A stretch of DNA of 64,000 nucleotides from Macrostomum hystrix (Eukaryota; Animalia; Platyhelminthes), in contig CATNEN010000003.1 of NCBI GenBank assembly GCA_950097015.1, forward strand, positions 13,578,001 through 13,642,000. The letters are read 5' to 3'. This document shows, one piece after another, positions 13,581-26,696 of the stretch. A model generated the notes under the pieces. It made no database searches. It worked only from the letters and a program-made list of their open reading frames with translations, and was not told the DNA's origin. The position numbers and the translations under genes are program-made. Within the stretch, counting starts at the first letter, position 1. Each line of letters opens with the position of its first letter.

Positions 13581-14446
13581 AATTTTGTGAGCTGAGATTA
13601 GAGATAATGAGATTTTGGAGAGTCTCCAAAATTAGGGGGAGATAAGACATGGGTAGGGACACATAGTAAATAAGACAAACTAGTTTTGGAAGGTACATTG
13701 AATGTAATTTAGAAGCTTTACAGTTTATTTCTGGACTTCGGTACTGGATTAGCTAATCCTTTTTAATAATGTACATTACTTAAAGCCGGTAAAGCATGAC
13801 AGTAACATATTTGCATTTAGATTATGCTAGTTATTCAATGACAAAACCTCGTTCCTACAATATTTGCAAACTGAGCTACTATAGGTGCACGAGTACACAA
13901 AGCTAATCTATATTAGCATTAGCATTAGAAAATTATTCAAATACAGAACGGCAGTCAAAAGCATAGTATTCGGCATAGTATTTTTCAGTACTATAAAATC
14001 AGGTTAAATTGAATGTATCAATATAGCACAGTTGTATTAGCTACACCATTTTTAGTAGAATAATGCTGAGTAAAAGCAGAAGCAGAAACTCTAGAAACAA
14101 AAGAATATTTATTGTCTGCACCTTTTTAAGCGTTCGACCTTAACTAAAATCATTTTTTGCCTTGCTATTTTATAGTGTAAGGAAGGCTTTTTTGCAGGGA
14201 AGTTTCGGAAAATGCTTTCGAAAGCAGTTTTCTGCTGCCTAAATTGATGGCTTGCATTGGGGGGGCAGAGATAAAAGGCACATATGGTCTAGAGGAAATG
14301 GGAGAAATAATAAGATGAATGTCCTGGAAAGCAGGCGTAGAGGAACATACAGGCGTGGCTGTGGGATTTTTATGTACAGGGAAAATAAGCTTCAGACTGC
14401 AGCGAGGGAGCAGGTTAGGAAAACATGAATGCAGTTATCGACAGAG

Positions 14447-15450
14447 AGAGATGTAGGGAGTGGAGTAGAGATGTAGGGAGTGGAGTAGAGATGTAGGGAG
14501 TGGAGTAGAGATGTAGGGAGTGGAGTAGAGATATAGGGAGTGGAATAGAGATGTAGGGAGTGGAGTAGAGATATAGGGAGTGGAGTAGAGATGTAGGGAG
14601 TGGAATAGAGATGTAGGGAGTGGAATAGAGATGTAGGGAGTGGAGTAGAGATATAGGGAGTGGAGTAGAGATGTAGGGAGTGGAGTAGAGATGTAGGGAG
14701 TGGAGTAGAGATATAGGGAGTGGAATAGAGATGTAGGGAGTGGAATAGAGATGTAGGGAGTGGAGTAGAGATATAGGGAGTGGAGTAGAGATGTAGGGAG
14801 TGGAATAGAGATGTAGGGAGTGGAATAGAGATGTAGGGAGTGGAGTAGAGATGTAGGGAGTGGAGTAGAGATGTAGGGAGTGGAGTAGAGATGTAGGGAG
14901 TGGAGTAGAGATGTAGGGAGTGGAATAGAGATGTAGGGAGTGGAATAGAGATGTAGGGAGTGGAGTAGAGATATAGGGAGTGGAGTAGAGATGTAGGGAG
15001 TGGAGTAGAGATGTAGGGAGTGGAGTAGAGATATAGGGAGTGGAGTAGAGATGTAGGGAGTGGAATAGAGATGTAGGGAGTGGACTAGAGATGTAGGGAG
15101 TGGAATAGAGATGTAGGGAGTGGAGTAGAGATATAGGGAGTGGAGTAGAGATGTAGGGAGTGGAATAGAGATGTAGGGAGTGGAGTAGAGATATAGGGAG
15201 TGGAATAGAGATGTAGGGAGTGGAGTAGAGATGTAGGGAGTATAATAGAGATGTAGGGAGTCTAGTAGAGATAGGGTGCAGATTTAGGGAGTGCAGTAGA
15301 GATGTAGGGAACTGGAGTAGAGATGTAGGGAACTGGAGTAGAGATGTAGGGAACTGATGTGGAGATGTGAGGAGTGGAGTAGAGATGTAGGGAAATTGTG
15401 TAGAGATGTAGGGAGATTGTGTAGAGATGTAGGGAAATGGAGTAGATATG
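14447..15450. repeat. 20-bp minisatellite ATGTAGGGAGTGGAGTAGAG
   Basis: Direct tandem copies. Confidence 0.97.
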
Positions 15451-16777
15451 TAGGGAACAATTCTAGAGATGTAAATGGAGATGCTGGGAATAGAGATCTA
15501 TTAAGGTATCTAGGCGTTAGTATATGGATTAACATCAGTTTAACAAATTTAATCCAGCATCCATCAATTTCTTCGGACAAGTGTCTGTTTATCCGTTTAT
15601 AAATCATGCATAGCCGATAGTGTTTTTAAAGTATAAAGTCTTTCATGTTTATTTCTCGAATAAATAGCAATGGTCATGCCCAGATTATTAAGGCTTAGTC
15701 ACTTAGTGACTGTTGAAAAAGACAGTTGTATAGATTTGCCCAGAAACAACGCGAAAGCTAAACCTACAGAGAAAATTCTATAAAATCCATACAGTGCGTG
15801 CCTCTCTGCTTACTCTATACTGCATCTCCTTTGTCATCTTATAGTTTTTTTTAAGGACAGTGGCAGTGGCTGCTGCTCAAAACACAGAACCTTTACGGAG
15901 ACAAAGAAAGACAAAGAGAAAAGTTGCCTGACTGCATGTCTGTCTGTCTCATACTACGAGTATGTCATATGCTCTTACTAAGGGTTCGCCTCAATAATGC
16001 TAATACCATAAATTAGCTCATTTTTTGTATTAAGTAAAAGAGCTAAATACGAAGTATAAAAATTATCCCTCCCGATATCCCCATCCCCATCCTGAGTAGA
16101 TTTAGCCGATTGCAGGACTCATAAATCAGGTCTTTGTGTTTTTAGTTTGATTTGAGCAATGACCTAGCTATTGTCCAAAGCGCGGTTGTCAATCATGTTT
16201 GGCCAATTGTTTGTCAGATGACATATTAGATTTACTCAGCACAGGTAAAGCAACCAGGGAGCCACTGTACATCATTATTTTTCTCTCTTTCTCTCTTACC
16301 GTGCCTAATATAATCCTCTCCCGTGGACAGAATGCTCTTTGAGGTCAATACCCTGTTTAATCAGCGGAAAAGATCTATTAAGCCTCTATTTGAGCATATA
16401 GCTCAAATTAACCCGTAGGCCACACACAGGCTAAGATATATGGAAATGATAATATAATTTAAATTTTGGTCTTTGAGATTTTGTTTGAACTTTTTTACGA
16501 AGAACCCTGCCGAGGTTGAATTGGGGTTAAGAAGCATGACAAGGAATACCAAATCACGGATGATTTCGGCGAGCGGGTAGTTATATCCGAAAAATTATAG
16601 ATTTTTAAGGTTTTTTTTCAAAGAGCGTTTTCAAAGAGGTACACATTTGCCTGTAAGCAGATATTTTCGGATCTCCCTACTGTAAGTAAGGCCTTAGAGT
16701 TTAGTTTCGTTCATTCACGAGAATCGAAAATAGATATATACCTGTACTGTCTTATCTACTGGGGCTTATTTATGAGA

Positions 16778-17035
16778 CTGGAACCTTCAGGTACTGAGGT
16801 TAAGATGGGACTGTGACCTTCGGGTACTGAGGTTAAGATGGGACTGTGACCTTCGGATACTGAGGTTAAGATGGGACTGTGACCTTCGGGTACTGAGGTT
16901 AAGATGGGACTGTGACCTTCGGGTACTGAGGTTAAGATGGGACTGTGACCTTCGGGTACTGAGGTTAAGATGGGACTGCAATCTTCAGGTACTGTGGTTA
17001 AGATGGGACTGCAACCTTCAGGTACTGAGGTTAAG
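16778..17035. repeat. 33-bp minisatellite GGTACTGAGGTTAAGATGGGACTGTGACCTTCG
   Basis: About 8 copies. Confidence 0.95.
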
Positions 17036-17090
17036 AAGCAAAAGAGAAAGTGCATACTTTTGATTGAATACCTGCTACCTGACCTTTCAG

Positions 17091-18875
17091 CTCGTCGTCC
17101 AGGATGCCAACGACAACGCGCCTGTGTTTATCGGCGAGCCATACTCGGTCACGGTGGCAGCTGAATTGCTACGCGTTTCCTCGCCGCTGCTGCGTATCGC
17201 AGCCACCGACGCGGACTCGGGCGTCAATGGTCTGGTCAACTATCGCCTGCTTCTGGGGGGCGGCAGTTTCTCAATCGCGGCCAAAACAGGCGAATTGAAG
17301 CTCACGGCTGTGCCACCTGCCATCGCCGCGTCTAACGGTGAGGATGACAGCATGCGCATGAGCCTGCTGGTTGAGGCATCGGACAGTTCGACTGATCTGT
17401 CGCCTTCCAGAAGACTCACCCTTGTCAGTGTTCGCTTCTTGGCAGCCTCAGAGCGGCCTCAACCAGCTCTATTTCCTATCAATCCGCTGGTGTTTCTGGT
17501 CAAAGAGGGCCTGAGCTCTGGCACTTTGATTGGCTTCTTAGCTCCACCCGGTGCCACCCTAACCCCCGCCGCGTGCGCTCTGGTGCCAGATAGCAGCTCG
17601 GCTCTCTTCTCTCTCACTAATAGCACTCTGAGAACTCGTCAGGTGCTAGACTATGAGAACCAGACAGCGTTTACTCTGCGACTGAACTGCTCAGCGGATG
17701 CTCGACTTGTGGTTCTAGTCGAGGACGTTGACGAGTATCGCCCGACTTTCGACAAAGCCGAGTACGGCGCGCGGCTGAGCGAGACTCCGCGCCAGGGTCG
17801 GGTCCTTCTCCGGGTCTCAGCTTTCGACTCTGACGGTGGCACCGCTGGTCGCGTCGGCTACTACCTGGTTGGTGAGGATGGCGCCATTGTGTCAAGCGAC
17901 GCGGCGCGTTTCGCCGTCAACGCCAGCAGTGGCGAGGTCTATCTGGCGCGCGACTTCGAAGGAATGACCGGGGCCGGCATCGGCGATGACAGTGCCAGAG
18001 TTTTGACGAACTTCAGCCTGACTGTCCGAGCCAGTAGCGGTGTTCTTCACTCGGACAGTTTAGTACGGCTGCAGATGCCGGTGCCAGTGACCTCCGCCAA
18101 CACACTCGGCGGCATCAGTGCACCGCTCCTAATCGCCGTCACGTCAACCGCAGCGGTCCTGCTAGTAACAACGGCAATCATCGTCGCTATTGTGGTCTAC
18201 AGGCGTTGCTATCGACGCCAAACGAAGGGCATTCGAAGTCCTCCGTCGTCAACGGTCTACGACTCGTGCTTCGATCACGTGCCCCCGTTGCCACCTCCGA
18301 GAACTCTAACTGAGCTGACTCGTCTGAGCGCCGTCGGCACAACTCACAGCTCCGGCTTGGGCAGCTCGGAGGAGGAGCAGCAGCGCATGATGATGGACAC
18401 AGACAGCAGCAACTGCTCGCTGCCGAAGGATCATCGCGAGTATCTCTACCGGCTAGGCGTTCGTCCTGCAGCGACCGACTTCAAACGCTCCGGCTTCGGT
18501 GGCTCTGTTGGAATCGGCGTTGGGGGCCATGGAGGTGGCGGAGTCAACAGCGAATTCGCCCACCACTCATCCGACAACCTCTGGTCCGAGGATGTGTACC
18601 AGTCGACTCCCGTGCCGAGTCTGGAGTTGCCGCCCCGCAATTCGACGCTGAGCTACACGGGCTACGGAGCTGCTCGGCTGCCCAGCCACCTGGTCTCCTG
18701 GACGCCGCAGTTTCAGCCGTTGGCCAGCGTGTTTGCCGAGATCGCCCAGCTGAAGGACGAAGCAGTCGCAGCTCAGGATGTTCAGCCGAATGTCAGAGCG
18801 CAGCAGGCGCAGGTTTATGTCCGGCCGGAGTCGCTTAATAGCGGCAGTGGGGCCTACTCTACATCCGTGATCTAG
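17091..18875 (+). CDS. ds: Dachsous-like protocadherin, last exon (cadherin repeats, TM helix, cytoplasmic tail)
   Basis: Acceptor ctttcag at 17090; DANDNAPVF, LDYE, DVDEYRPTF; TM LLIAVTSTAAVLLVTTAIIVAIVVY; Dachsous tail motifs SSGLGSSEEE, EYLYRLGV, SWTPQFQPLASVFAEIAQLKDE. Confidence 0.92.
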   Translation, partial: LVVQDANDNAPVFIGEPYSVTVAAELLRVSSPLLRIAATDADSGVNGLVNYRLLLGGGSFSIAAKTGELKLTAVPPAIAASNGEDDSMRMSLLVEASDSSTDLSPSRRLTLVSVRFLAASERPQPALFPINPLVFLVKEGLSSGTLIGFLAPPGATLTPAACALVPDSSSALFSLTNSTLRTRQVLDYENQTAFTLRLNCSADARLVVLVEDVDEYRPTFDKAEYGARLSETPRQGRVLLRVSAFDSDGGTAGRVGYYLVGEDGAIVSSDAARFAVNASSGEVYLARDFEGMTGAGIGDDSARVLTNFSLTVRASSGVLHSDSLVRLQMPVPVTSANTLGGISAPLLIAVTSTAAVLLVTTAIIVAIVVYRRCYRRQTKGIRSPPSSTVYDSCFDHVPPLPPPRTLTELTRLSAVGTTHSSGLGSSEEEQQRMMMDTDSSNCSLPKDHREYLYRLGVRPAATDFKRSGFGGSVGIGVGGHGGGGVNSEFAHHSSDNLWSEDVYQSTPVPSLELPPRNSTLSYTGYGAARLPSHLVSWTPQFQPLASVFAEIAQLKDEAVAAQDVQPNVRAQQAQVYVRPESLNSGSGAYSTSVI

Positions 18876-19000
18876 CCCGGTTGTCTCATTCCCGCTCCGA
18901 TAGATTAACACAGCGCTTGCCATTGCCACTTATTATCCTCTGATACTCTTTGTAATGCAAAGCTCATTGTAACTGTCAATGACTTGGGCCTGGGCCTTGC

Positions 19001-19006
19001 AATAAA
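19001..19006 (+). terminator. Probable polyadenylation signal of Dachsous gene
   Basis: AATAAA 125 nt after stop, followed by T-rich sequence. Confidence 0.5.
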
Positions 19007-19444
19007 TGTCTTTTTTGAAGTTACGAAGTTTGATATCGAATGTCCTAAATTTACTGTAAAATGCACTCAGCCGCTTTAAAATGCTTTAAAACAAAATTTG
19101 AGCTCTTTTTCACAATGCAGTTTTCTAGCTTAACGTTTTTGTGTGTACAAATGTTTATGTTTCCCGATGTTTTTTAATTCTAATAAAACATTTACGCTGC
19201 ACAAATTACAGATTTATTGAATACGTTGCAGCATAATTGCTCATGAAGGTGAAATACTAGCATTAGATTTCTTTGCGTTTTTTTCGACGTAAGCTATTCT
19301 GACATTCCTACTGAGAAGTAGCATAACAGGATTATCATCTGAATAATAAAATCTGTAACCCCGATGCTGAAAAGATTACTCGCTCCCGAAGTAAGGGATT
19401 TGGGGCATTGGAAATCATTTTCATTGATTTCGGCGGTTGAAGAG

Positions 19445-22205
19445 ATGCGATTGGGATATTTGTGCTCGAAATCCTACTGCTACTGGGAGATGGGATTGGG
19501 ATCACGGGTGTTCTAAATCCTACAGTTACTGGAGATGGGATTGGGATCACAGGTGCTCGAAATCCTACTGTTCCTGGTGGATGGGTTTGGGATCATGGGT
19601 GCTCGAAATCCCACTGTTACTGGGGATGGGATTGGGATCACGGGTGCTGGAAATCCTACTGTTTCTGGGAGATAGATTGGGAAATTTGATTTCAAAATCC
19701 TACTGCTACTGGGGGATGGGATTGGGATCAAGGGTGTTCTAAATCCTACTGTTACTTGGGGATGGGATTGGGAAATTTGATTTCGAAATCCTACTGTTAC
19801 TGGGAGATGGGATTGGGAAATTTGTGCTCGAAATCCTACTGTTACTGGGGATCGGATTGGGATATTTGCATTCGAAATCCTACTGTTATTGGTGGATGAG
19901 ATTGGGATATTTGTGCTCGAAATCCTACTGTTACTGGTGGATGGGATTGGGATATCTGCATTCGAAATCCTACTGTTACTGGTGGATGAGATTGGGATAT
20001 CTGCATTCGAAATCCTACTGTTACTGGTGGATGGGATTGGGATATTTGCATTCGAAATCCTACTGTTACTGGTGGATGGGATTGGGATATTTGCATTCGA
20101 AATCCTACTGTTACTGGTGGATGGGATTGGGAAATTTGTGCTCGAAATCCTACTGTTACTGGGGATCGGATTGGGATATCTGCATTCGAAATCCTACTGT
20201 TACTGGGGATCGGATTGGGATATTTGCATTCGAAATCCTACTGTTACTGGGGATCGGATTGGGATATCTGCATTCGAAATCCTACTGTTACTGGGGATCG
20301 GATTGGGATATTTGCATTCGAAATCCTACTGTTACTGGTGGATGGGATTGGGATCACGGGTGCTCGAAATCCTACTGTTCCTGGTGGATGGGATTGGGAT
20401 CATGGGTGCTCGAAATCCCACTGTTACTGGGGATCGGATTGGGATATTTGCATTCGAAATCCTACTGTTATTGGTGGATGAGATTGGGATATTTGTGCTC
20501 GAAATCCTACTGTTACTGGTGGATGGTATTGGGATATTTGCATTCGAAATCCTACTGTTACTGGTGGATGGTATTGGGATATTTGCATTCGAAATCCTAC
20601 TGTTACTGGTGGATGGTATTGGGATATTTGCATTCGAAATCCTACTGTTCCTGGTGGATGGTATTGGGATATTTGCATTCGAAATCCTACTGTTACTGGT
20701 GGATGGGATTGGGATCACGGGTGCTCGAAATCCTACTGTTCCTGGTGGATGGGATTGGGATCATGGGTGCTCGAAATCCCACTGTTACTGGGGATCGGAT
20801 TGGGATATTTGCATTCGAAATCCTACTGTTATTGGTGGATGAGATTGGGATATTTGTGCTCGAAATCCTACTGTTACTGGTGGATGGGATTGGGATATCT
20901 GCATTCGAAATCCTACTGTTACTGGTGGATGGGATTGGGATATCTGCATTCGAAATCCTACTGTTACTGGTGGATGGTATTGGGATATTTGCATTCGAAA
21001 TCCTACTGTTACTGGTGGATGGGATTGGGATATTTGCATTCGAAATCCTACTGTTACTGGTGGATGGGATTGGGAAATTTGTGCTCGAAATCCTACTGTT
21101 ACTGGGGATCGGATTGGGATATTTGCATTCGAAATCCTACTGTTACTGGTGGATGGGATTGGGATCACGGGTGCTCGAAATCCTACTGTTCCTGGTGGAT
21201 GGGATTGGGATCATGGGTGCTCGAAATCCCACTGTTACTGGGGATGGGATTGGGATCACGGGTGCTGGAAATCCTACTGTTTCTGGGAGATAGATTGGGA
21301 AATTTTATTTCAAAATCCTACTGCTACTGGGGGATGGGATTGGGATCAAGGGTGTTCTAAATCCTACTGTTACTTGGGGATGGGATTGGGAAATTTGATT
21401 TCGAAATCCTACTGTTACTGGGAGATGGGATAGGGAAATTTGATTTCAAAATCCTACTGTTTCTGGGAGATGGGATTGTGATGACGGGTGCTCGAAATCC
21501 TACTGTTACTGGGGGATGGGATTGTGATGACGGGTGCTCGAAATCCTACTGTTACTGGGGGATGGGTTTGGGATCATGGGTGCTCGAAATCCCACTGTTA
21601 CTGGGGATGGGATTGGGATCACGGGTGCTCAAAATCCTACTGTTTCTGGGAGATAGATTGGGAAATTTGATTTCAAAATCCTACTGCTACTGGGGGATGG
21701 GATTGGGATCAAGGGTGTTCTAAATCCTACTGTTACTGGGGGATGGGATTGGGATTACGGTTGCTCGAAATCCTACTGTTACTGGGGGATGGGATTGGGA
21801 TGACGGGTGCTCGAAATCCTACTGTTACTGGGAGATGGGATTGGGAAATTTGATTTCGAAATCCTACTGTTACTGGGATATGGGATAGGGAGATTTGATT
21901 TCAAAATCCTACTGTTTCTGGGAGATGGGATTGTGATGACGGGTGCTCGAAATCCTACTCTTACTGGGGGATGGGATTGGGATGACGGGTGCTCGAAATT
22001 CTACTGTTACTGGGAGATGGGATTGGGATTGTTACTTGGGGATGGGATTGGGATATTTGTGCTCGAAATCCTACTGTTACTGGGGGATGGGATTGGGATC
22101 ACGGGTGTTCTAAATCTTACTGTTACTTGGGGTCGTTGGGGATGGGATTGGGATATTTGTGCTCGAAATCCTACTGTTGCTGGGGGTGGGATTGGGATAT
22201 TTGTG
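19445..22205. repeat. ~45-bp minisatellite with core CGAAATCCTACTGTTACTGG
   Basis: About 60 copies with variant blocks. Confidence 0.97.
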
Positions 22206-23761
22206 TTCTTAATAAAAATCTAAAGAGGTAATTATAAAAAAAGCGAATATAAAAACAATAGCTACTGTCATAAACATAACACGCGGATCAGGGTTCATTG
22301 TTGGTTTGTGCTCCGATTCCAATGTTGAATTTATCTGCCAGAAGTACGCGAGCCGAACGAACAAACAAAACTAATATTTTTCTAAGAAAGCAAAAACACT
22401 GTAACCAGAGTCAAGGAAGTAGCCTTGAGTTCTGCAGTAATCAATTAATAATTAAATTGAATGCAGAAATATTTAGTGACTAAATCCTTTCTCTTCTCTG
22501 TGTTTAAGCCAGAAAAATATGAACAGTTTAGTTATTTGCTTCTCCGAACAGCCCGCGTCTTATTGAGCAGAGTTTTTCTGGTCCAAGCGATGAAAACTTC
22601 TTTTTCTTTAAAATCGATTTGTTTTTTTGGATTTTCGCACGTTTGTAGTCAATGTAGAAAAGCAAATGTGGCTAGAACTGTGCGAACTGATAGTGAATTC
22701 CTAGGTATGATGTAATTTTCACTACACCGGATTGCAGTGCGCATTGAGTGAAACTTGAATCGCTCTGGGGCAAAGGTGAGAGAAGAAATTGAGACCGGAA
22801 ACTGCTGCTTCGGCTGTGTGTAAAGCTGCGAATTAACTTAAGAAAGTGGTTACAGAGAAAATCTAATGGACTGCGGAGCAAATTTTCTGAGGTGAAAGAA
22901 ACGGGGACTCGAACGAATTGAACGATCCGCCGCGCGTCCTTTCTATTATAACCTCCTTACCTTCTCCTCGTGACTCGCAGACCAACCTACAGCCAGTTCT
23001 CCTTTCCCTCAGTACGCTCGTACACACTCACAAAAACTCCAGTCAACCGGCACCGACATTTTGGGGTGGCGGGCTGAATTGGGCGGGGGTTGGTGGCGGT
23101 CGATCGATAAACAACTGAACAGCAAAGCGAGCAGTCTATGGCTGTCTGGGTGCGCCCTTATCTATCCACCTCTCCTTGATTTTTACAACACCAGGGGGCC
23201 CCTCTGAGAATACACCATACGGACGAGGCCAAGGCACCCTATTTTTCTACCTTGTCTCCCCCTGAGTGTGTGTTAGATGTGAATCTTTTTTGGACCCAGG
23301 GCCCAGGCGCCCCCACGCCGCCAATTGGTTGCTTATTGGGGTACCAGTTTGCTTTGTGGGAATGGGAACCAGCCTGCTTTGCCACTCGTGATAGACATTT
23401 TTTTCAAAGGATCCTTTTTTGTTTAGATTTGCACTCATTTTCCCACTCCAACCAAATAGTTTGAACAATTCTTTATCAGAATTTAGTAAGCACAAAATCA
23501 CGAACAAGGATTGCTATTGCTAATAGCTATGTTATTAGAAGTAAAATCGTTTCTGAAATTTAATGGCAATATGAGACCTCTACGAGTACTTCGTGAACAT
23601 TTATGCATTTAAAATACATTTTGTGTTGCAATCTTTATTGCAAAAAGCAAAGACTTAACGAGTCCACGTAAAAAATCCAAGAGCTATATTTTGGGCAATA
23701 TAGAACTATGAAAAGTGAACACTATGCAAAAGCGATTCCTGGTTCAATATTTATTGAATCC

Positions 23762-25330
23762 GAGGTACCAGCAATCCCAGGTGTCAGTAATCCCAGGTGT
23801 CAGCAATCCCAGGAGTCAGCAATCCCAGGAGTCAGCAATCCCAGGAGTCAGCAATCCCAGGTACCAGCAATCCCAGGTGTCAGCAATCCCAGGTGTCACA
23901 CATCACAGGTGTCAGCAATCCAATGTGTCACAAATCACAGGTGTCAGCAATCCAAGGTGTCAGCCATCCAAGGAGTCAGCCATCCAAGGAGTCAGCAATC
24001 CAAGGAGTCAGCAATCCAAGGAGTCAGCAATCAAAGGTGTCAGCAATCCTAGGTGTCACACATCACAGGTGTCAGCAATCCAAGGAGTCAGCAATCCCAG
24101 GTACCAGCAATCCCAGATGTCAGCAATCCCAGGTGTCAGCAAACCCAGCTAGGTCTCAGAAATCCCAGGTGTCAGAAGCCCCAGGTGTCAGCAATCCTAG
24201 GAGTCAGCAATACCAGGAGTCAGCAATCCCAGGTATCAGCAATCCTAGGTGTCAGCAATCCTAGGTGTCAGCAATCCCAGGAGTCAGCAATCCCAGGAGT
24301 CAGCAATCCCAGGTACCAGCAATCCCAGGTGTCACACATCACAGGTGTCAGCAATCCCAGGTATCAGCAATCCTAGGTGTCAGCAATCCTAGGTGTCAGC
24401 AATCCCAGGAGTCAGCAATCCCAGGAGTCAGCAATCCCAGGTACCAGGTACCAGCAATCCCAGGTGTCACACATCACAGGTGTCAGCAATCCCAGGTGTC
24501 ACAAATCACAGGTGTCAGCAATCCCAGGTGTCAGAAGTCTCAGGTGTCAGCAATCCTAGGAGTCAGCAATACCAGGAGTCAGCAATCCCAGGTGTCAGCA
24601 GTCCAAGGAGTCAGCAATCCAAGGTGTCAGCAATCCTAGGTGTCAGCAATCCAAGGTGTCAGCAATCCTAGGTGTCACACATCACAGGTGTCAGCAATCC
24701 AAGGAGTCAGCAATCCCAGGTACCAGCAATCCCAGATGTCAGCAATCCCAGGTGTCAGCAAACCCAGCTAGGTCTCAGAAATCCCAGGTGTCAGAAGCCC
24801 CAGGTGTCAGCAATCCTAGGAGTCAGCAATACCAGGAGTCAGCAATCCCAGGTATCAGCAATCCTAGGTGTCAGCAATCCTAGGTGTCAGCAATCCCAGG
24901 AGTCAGCAATCCCAGGAGTCAGCAATCCCAGGTACCAGGTACCAGCAATCCCAGGTGTCACACATCACAGGTGTCAGCAATCCCAGGTGTCACAAATCAC
25001 AGGTGTCAGCAATCCCAGGTGTCAGAAGTCTCAGGTGTCAGCAATCCTAGGAGTCAGCAATACCAGGAGTCAGCAATCCCAGGTGTCAGCAATCCTAGGT
25101 GTCAGCAATCCTAGGTGTCAGAAATCCCAGGTGTCAGAAGTCCCAGGTGTCAGCAATCCTAGGAGTCGGCAATACCAGGAGTCAGCAATCCCAGGTACCA
25201 GCAATCCCAGGTGTCACACATCACAGGTGTCAGCAATCCCAGGTGTCACAAATCACAGGTGTCAGCAATCCCAGGTGTCAGAAGTCTCAGGTGTCAGCAA
25301 TCCTAGGAGTCGGCAATACCAGGAGTCAGC
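23762..25330. repeat. 16-bp minisatellite CAGCAATCCCAGGTGT
   Basis: Tandem copies with higher-order duplication. Confidence 0.97.
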
Positions 25331-25932
25331 GATTTTAGGGTCAGATGTCAAAACTTTCTCCGCTTTTAACTTTACTGGCCTCTTCTCAATTAATTTCAAG
25401 TCGGCAGACAAATTTTTTTTTCATCTGCTTGTCAAAAGAAGGAATACTATCCACTCTGATATCAGTAGTGCGTTTGGACGCAATCCATTATCATTTAATG
25501 TTGTAAGTGGATGAAATTACTGTATTTAGTGTTGTTGGATAAAAGAAATTGCTGGAGCCTGCAATACAGACTTTTGGAAGACTCGGTAGGATATAATTCA
25601 GGTCTAAATTGCAAAACTGCAGCCTTTTTCGTCTTTCATATTTTGCAAATCAGATGTGCTTCGTTGCACTAGAAATGAATTGTCCAAGAAAAAAGAACAA
25701 CATAATCGGAAACAAAACAGATACGTATTAAATCTACGAGATACTGACAAAAAATGATTAAAAAGGTCCGGACCAAACCTTAGCGAACTCCTTTGGTCGA
25801 CAAGAAAGCGATAATTGCCTTAATATTTTATCGGAGCACCATCGATAGGGCACCATGTTCGTCTGTTGAGGAGCACTTTGTTCTGGGTGAGCTCAATACG
25901 CAATACAAGTCGACTGCTCAGTGAGTTATCTT

Positions 25933-26157
25933 CTACAGGCGATTTATGCAGGCGGTGCGATCGAATTTGGTGCACGCGAATTTCGTTGTATCGGTATCCA
26001 ATAGCAACGGATAGGAAGCGAAGCGCATCAGGTCGGGCAGTCTGTCCTCCATCTCTTGCAGGGCCTTGACAATGTTGGGCCATTCAAAGCCTTTGATCAC
26101 CACAATGCGGCGCGGCAGGGACTTGTACAGCTCCAGCTCTTTTAGCAAGATTTGCAC
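25933..26157 (-). CDS. Uncharacterised protein, exon 2 of 2 (total 254 aa)
   Basis: Acceptor catgcag|GTG at 26158/7, phase 0 matching exon 1; coding-like sequence VQILLKELELYKSLPRRIVVIKGFEW to TAG. Confidence 0.6.
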   Translation of the reverse strand: MQILLKELELYKSLPRRIVVIKGFEWPNIVKALQEMEDRLPDLMRFASYPLLLDTDTTKFACTKFDRTACINRL

Positions 26158-26196
26158 CTGCATGGGCATGTGTTACATTCTCATCGCTTCTTGCTT

Positions 26197-26280
26197 GGTT
26201 TACAGCTAGGTTTACAGCTAGGTTTACAGCTAGGTTTACAGCTAGGTTTACAGCTAGGTTTACAGCTAGATTTACAGCTA
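26197..26280. repeat. 12-bp repeat GGTTTACAGCTA x7
   Basis: Direct tandem copies. Confidence 0.95.
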
Positions 26281-26607
26281 GGCAGAGGTTGTAGCCTAGT
26301 GGTTAGGGCGTCGGACTCACGACTTGAAGTTCGGGGGTTCGATTCCCGACTCCACTGGAACAATTTGTGTCCTTTAGCAAGACACTTAACTCTGCATTGC
26401 TAAGACACTTAACTCTGCACCCAGCTGTTAAATGGGTACCAGCATCAGCTGGGATAATTGATGGTGGGTGTGGCGTCCCCCCAGTCCGTGGACTGAACAG
26501 CTGTACTCAGCCTTCAGATGCGCCGCGCATAAGCTGCAGCTGTGCTGTCGGCTGCACATCTGACCCAATTGGGGCAGGTGTAATCAATTATTATTATTAT
26601 TATTAAT
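26281..26607 (+). mobile_element. tRNA-derived SINE family B with CORE-like central domain
   Basis: A box TAGCCTAGTGG, B box GGTTCGATTCC, TGTGTCCTTTAGCAAGACACTTAAC...TGTTAAATGGG resembling the MIR core, (ATT)n tail. Confidence 0.8.
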
Positions 26608-26696
26608 TAGGTTTATTAGACTGTACATGCCACTGTAGGAACTAACAGCTTCGCTTGAGCTTTGGTTAAGCTTTGCTAAAAAGAAGGGCGCCAACG

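Noticed and set aside
19445-22205. CRISPR-like regular repeats
   Set aside because: Intervening sequences are repeat variants, not unique spacers; eukaryotic context with no cas genes
22880-23420. GC-rich patch that could be a promoter or MITE remnant
   Set aside because: No TIR/TSD pair, no convincing ORF and no adjacent gene start
26284-26356. Possible tRNA gene
   Set aside because: Runs directly into a SINE body and tail; acceptor stem poor
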